From positions 7,240,704 to 7,265,233 of the forward strand of contig NC_134036.1 of the NCBI RefSeq assembly GCF_964204645.1: a stretch of 24,530 nt of DNA. The letters run 5' to 3'. Positions 19,809 to 24,530 of the stretch are shown in pieces. Each line of letters begins with the position of its first letter. The first letter of the stretch is position 1. The DNA is from Tubulanus polymorphus (lineage: Eukaryota > Animalia > Nemertea). Below the pieces are notes generated by a model. It saw nothing but the letters and a program-made list of their open reading frames with translations. It made no database searches and was not told the DNA's origin. Position numbers and translations under genes: made by a program.

Positions 19809-20630
19809 ATCCAATACTCATCTGGTAGTCATCTCTTGACCGATGAGGGATTGCGGTCCTTGAAAATAAATTCCTATGTCATATATGTTACTACTAGTGA
19901 GTAAGTAGTGTGTTGTTTCGGAAGATCTTAAAACTTTTGTTTGTATTAATTAGTATCTCATACAGTTCTAGACAACATGTATGGTTACTGGATAATAAAT
20001 CATCCCATGCGCATTTTTTCATTGAACTTCATATCAATATCTTTTGCTCTTTATTCAGGTGATAAACATGGCCCTAGCCCTTGAAGCTGAAAAAAGTATG
20101 TATGACTGTACGGTTATTGATTCTTATATAATAACTCCGATTGTCGCAGGAAACAAATCACGATACAAATATAGTCTATTCAAGAAAGTATGTAGTACTT
20201 TGATACATCTGAGCATCTGATTTTAAAAAAGCTCAAGCACTGAAGAATATTAAGTAAGAAATCATTATGAAAACTGCGTTATTCTCTATCGATGTCAATG
20301 TATTATGTATAATTTCCAAACTATTTCTCATCTCAATGTAATGTCTTACTTGACTTACTGAGCCACAGCCCTTGGTAGACATGACATTGATGATATTGAA
20401 TGGTCCATAATCGAACTGCCTCACCAGAAACAACTTGATGGGCATAGTTGTGGCGTGCTGACTATTTTGGTAGGATTGATTTGTTTAATTTCAATATTAT
20501 TGATTATTGTTTAACAAATTTCATTCAATTACATATGTGTATTCAACAGTATGCTGGCAGTGTTCTTCAAGGTACCGACACGACCCATATTTCAACAGAT
20601 TTCAACTCTTTTTATAAAACTTAAGAATAG
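19809..20630 (+). pseudogene. Ulp1/SENP-like (peptidase C48) protease remnant, spliced
   Basis: Absent from the ORF track. Exons: LTDEGLRSLKINSY; VINMALALEAEKSMYDCTVIDSYII (20059 on); EWSIIELPHQKQLDGHSCGVLTIL, intron 20470-20549, YAGSVLQG. Q-x-D-x3-C-G-V at 20431-20457 is the C48 catalytic Cys motif. The His-Trp exon was not found. Confidence 0.7.
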
Positions 20631-20992
20631 ATCGTGTTTGGTTAGGTCGGAACATCGGGGTGCATTAATTATGTGGCTGGTGAAAGGATCACGCTGTTAC
20701 TTTATGATACTCCCGAGTACTTTCTATAAAAAGAAAAACAGAAGTATGGGCAGACATTGTTGTTTTGCTTTATCCCGTATTGTAATAAAATTAGTATAAC
20801 AGTTATAGAATGATTTAAAGAATGATAATTGATCATAATGAAGTTCCGAATCGGAAGTATTTTTAAAAATTCAAAAAAGAAACAATGTGCATTAACGTAA
20901 TTTGAGACGAATACTAAAGTTTTGAAAATATATTTAATTTGAGTATCCTGGATGTTAATACGGGATATCGACAAATTCAAGTTCTTGAATTA

Positions 20993-21724
20993 CTCGTTTG
21001 ATGGCGCTAGTCAGAACCGGAAATTGGAACCTAAATTCGCCATGCTCTAGTTCATTTACAATGAAAATCTCTCGCCTACCGCTACGTAAGATAATATAAA
21101 ACCTCACTGCAAAGGCTAGAAATCACTATAAATGTCCTAAAATTAAAAAAAAAAAACATTTTTCCACGGCTAACGATGCAATGACTGGTTGCCAGGTATC
21201 ACATGGTGGCAGCACTTGACGGCCCAATTTTAATTGTTGGTTCGAGTCCTGGTACTTTTCATATTTTTATTATGAATCTACGAGTGTAGTCCTTCTAAAA
21301 TCAATTTTATTTCATAATATATTTTCATATTAAAATCAGTGTAGATTATATTTCATATAATAATCAGTGTAGCCTGCAATTAATTCACCTCAGAGTCTTG
21401 AACTCAACAACTAAATGATGACACCCGGCACCAGTCATTACTTGCATTAGCTGCTTCCAGCGTTATCGCTAAATTTGTGATTGTTGGTAGTTCTTTGACA
21501 TTTCAAGTGATCTTTAGCGTTCGAAGTGAGGTTTTATCGAATTCATCACATTGTCGGGATATCATATTTAAAGGATTTAAATGCGTGCCGATGTATGATA
21601 AGTAAAATATCGCTAACTAAAACGTTGAAGCGATAGATTTTTATTGCAAATGAACTAGTACATAAGGTATTTCGGTTATATTTTGAATTCATTTCCAGGT
21701 TAAATTCAGCACCATTCTCGCGAG
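20993..21724. repeat. Long imperfect inverted repeat (arms ~20993-21255 and ~21385-21724)
   Basis: ATAAAACCTCACTGCAAAGGCTAGAAATCAC (21096-21126) matches the reverse complement of 21507-21537; CTAGTTCATTTACAATGAAAATCTCTCGC (~21047) matches the reverse complement of ~21630-21658. Confidence 0.75.
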
Positions 21725-21806
21725 CCATTTTTGCGAGATTATCAACAACCCGGAAGTAAAATCCAAGTCAAATGTGGTTATTCGTGCTATTATCGGAGAT
21801 TTCACA

Positions 21807-22260
21807 ATGTCTGACTATTGTGTTGTGGTTGGTCACAATAGCAAAGGGGGACATAAGTTCCCTACCAAGAAAAACCTGTATAAGGAATGGTGTGTAGCAA
21901 TAAAAAGAGCCGATAATACTGACAAAAGAAAATTATGGTCGCCTGGTCAACGTAGCTTTGTTTGTCACAAGCACTTTAAACCAGCTGATCACAGAAAAAC
22001 GGGACTTTTAGGTTAGTTTAAATTTGCATGAGAAATCAATATGCTGACAATCTACCACGAAGCTCTTTTATACGTGTTGCTCAAATTTCAATTTCAGAGG
22101 AAAGGAAAATCTTGAAACCAGACGCTGTTCCCTCAGTCGTTGCGTTCAAAGAAAAACTAAACCAGCACAAAAAAAGATCAACAGATAATAGGGGAAAACG
22201 TGCTGCAAAGCAAATGAAGGTTATGAAAGATAATCGTTATACTAGACATTTTTTTAATTC
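21807..22260 (+). pseudogene. THAP-domain protein, two exons (21807-22011, 22098 on); probably transposon-derived, truncated or degenerate
   Basis: MSDYCVVVGHNSKGGHKFP...EWCVAIKR...WSP..RSFVCHKHFKPAD...LL|EERKILKPDAVPSV. The GT-AG intron 22012-22097 joins ORFs 21774..22016 and 22028..22339 in frame. Second THAP Cys is replaced by His; ETS site CCGGAAGT at ~21750. 3' end uncertain. Confidence 0.8.
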
Positions 22261-23396
22261 ATGTGAATTAAAAAGAATGGTGATCAGATTTTATTCTTGG
22301 CAACATATTGCACGTCCAATACATCCAAATTCCGGCTGAATATATAGAAACTGTATGAAATAATTCAGCCTTTACCGATTGTTATGCATATGCATATCTT
22401 ACTAGTTTTACATGTAGATGTGTCTCATGTTACTCTGTGTTAAGAATGGAATTTTATCCCTAGGAATATACGTTTTCAAGTCATTATCGTTTTAAGGGTG
22501 TAATTTTGTAGAAACGATCAAGTGAGACGTTTTTTTCGGTTGTTTTTTACGTCAGTAGCTTAATCGTACGTGGACCAATAGTTCTAGTACACATATTATT
22601 AGAATCACATTCACAAGTGCAGTAATTCCTTGAAATAATGTAACAGGCTTTTATGAAAGTGAATGTTTTTAAGTGAGTCAAGAGTAGGTATACAACATCT
22701 GAAATTGTATATTGTTTTACTGAAAATCAACGTTTGAGTATGAATAATAAAGATATGAATATTTCATGAATGCGCTCACCTCAATCGCTTCTTCCAACGT
22801 ATTCAACTCTCCTTTTCTTCAGCCAGTACGGTCGACGAATGACACATTTGGTGCCTTATTTTATACATTTGGACTCATTGAAATAAGCTTATGATTGCAC
22901 AGCTTAATATATATTGAAACTTCTACCGAAGTTTTGTTATGGTAAATCGATTCGTATCTGGCACTTCAAATCGTTCCACCTGCATCACTATGTACTCTCA
23001 CAGAGCCGTGAATGAATTGTTTTTCCAATCGGTCCTCAGAATTGTTTTTCTTCACTCGTATCGCGTCATATTGATCGTCATCTGGTCATCACTGACAGTT
23101 GCATGAAAAACTATATAACGATATAGGAAGCTCTATGTAGATTATTCTCTCATGAATTTTGCACTTCAGATATATAATACACTATTTGTTTTTCTGTTCA
23201 GGATTATTAACTCGCTCGGTGTTAACGTCAGTGCATCAATCCTGAGTGGAAACGGGTGAAATATGAAACTTTTTCGTCTGATGTAATAACTGAATATTCG
23301 GGACCCAAAATGACATAGTTTAGTAAGGAACGCATTCAACCATGTTAAATTAAAGATCGGGCTTGATTCGGAGACATATTAGACTTACATAACTGC

Positions 23397-23743
23397 GGAA
23401 CTGGATTCCCAGTCATCTTGAGTGCATATAGTGAAACTGGATTCCGATCCCGCTCTTTATCTTGGAACGGGATTCGGAGTAAAACCAATACATTAAAACT
23501 GTGGAAGTGGATCGCGAATCATTTTAAACAGTTAAACCGTGGGGTTGTATTTAGATTCGAGCCATATCGTGGAACTGGATCCCGATCAAAAATAACTGAC
23601 AAACTCACCATGACAACTATGGAACTAGACCCAAATTCCAATTACACCAACCAGATGAACAACTTGATTCAGATTAAAATAACATTACGATAAGTGTGGA
23701 ATCCAAATTGAAAAAAAATCATATATCCAATGAACTGGATTCA
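23397..23743. repeat. Degenerate short-period repeat (GGAACTGGATTC core)
   Basis: Variants at ~23397, 23433, 23464, 23503, 23571, 23621 and 23732. Confidence 0.55.
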
Positions 23744-24439
23744 TTTAATATTTTTGATCATTTCAATTATTGTGGATCTTTTTCAAATTAGTCGAATTGA
23801 AACTGAATCTTTAGAATCAATGTTCACGCTCAATTGTGAAAACCCTAGAAAATGTGTTCAGTTGCGAATGTCACATCAGACAACATAGATGTACTTTTCA
23901 ACATGTAGGTTTAACTGCCAACCAACAGCCATAACATAGGTAAACCAAAAACTGTGTTCTCTGCGAATTTCTCATCCTCGATAGTGTCAACGATTCAGTG
24001 AAATAGGTATTAGTCGTGACGACCTTCTCATTCACGATGGGTCATTTGATTCAATATGATAAGATCACGAGTTAATAGTAATGACTTGTTTATCATTCTC
24101 AATAACTTTTTCGCAACGATGATTTTGTTCAATTCAAATCATTTACTAAATGACGACCATCGCAATCTCGATGGATTTAAAGATTCAAGAAGACGGTTTG
24201 AGGATCTCTTGTGATGGTTTAAACTGTTTAATAAATTTAACTTAAATAACCATGAAAAATCTTAGTACTCCTAAAACAGCTGCTGAAGTTCGGAACATAT
24301 GTTGTTTGACGTTGGTGATATACGATACCAATTTGAGTACGTTTGAGTGATGGAGATAAAGAGAATTGAAACCAATTGAAACATCGTCATTATTTCAATA
24401 GTTCGATCAAACATTATTTCTCTCTACATTAATTGCTAT

Positions 24440-24530
24440 TGTTGTTCGCACCGTTGTAGACGTACACGCTGTTCATCAGGTTCGAATCCTTGCTGGGGGT
24501 TGGACTCTCTATACCAGGGAAACAGTTTAA
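24440..24530 (+). repeat. Possible tRNA-derived SINE fragment
   Basis: B-box GGTTCGAATCC at 24479-24489; no convincing A-box or cloverleaf. Confidence 0.25.

Noticed and set aside
21200-21255. tRNA gene at B-box GGTTCGAGTCC (also B-box-like words at ~19396, ~19479, 24479)
   Set aside because: No cloverleaf or acceptor stem can be built; at most SINE-derived fragments.
22775-23110. Minus-strand exon-like remnants with splice-like ends
   Set aside because: Stops in all frames examined and no recognisable domain.
23418-23693. 91-aa ORF
   Set aside because: Non-ATG start within a degenerate repeat; no protein motifs.

Overview
Eukaryotic (metazoan, probably invertebrate) repeat-dense DNA with GT-AG introns and no intact host gene recognised. 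It is a stack of nested, mostly decayed mobile elements. (1) 1-1146: diverged repeat with six CTCF-like motifs, followed by an (AAT)80 microsatellite, an LTR-like segment and a Helentron/HINE-like terminal hairpin. (2) ~2514-7685: very AT-rich, intronless, all-plus-strand fragment of a Polinton/Maverick (adintovirus-like) element. It carries the pPolB C-terminus, a putative OB-fold protein, a minor capsid (penton)-like gene and a block of predicted membrane-protein genes. Six consecutive genes start within a fixed-length 22-nt motif, TAA-T6/7-N-TAAATG, resembling a poxvirus late promoter; this is the strongest signal in the window. (3) ~8000-11600: Gypsy integrase remnant and a long LTR-like segment with a 59-bp tandem array. 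(4) 12307-16603: spliced KDZ/Zisupton (HMGXB3-like) transposase pseudogene (minus) joined head-to-head to a Crypton-like tyrosine recombinase pseudogene (plus). The recombinase is cut by a hAT element (TTF zinc finger), which itself contains a TA-flanked foldback MITE. (5) 19500-24530: Ulp1/SENP protease remnant, a long inverted repeat, a spliced THAP-domain gene and minor repeats. Family calls rest on remembered protein motifs; no database search was run.
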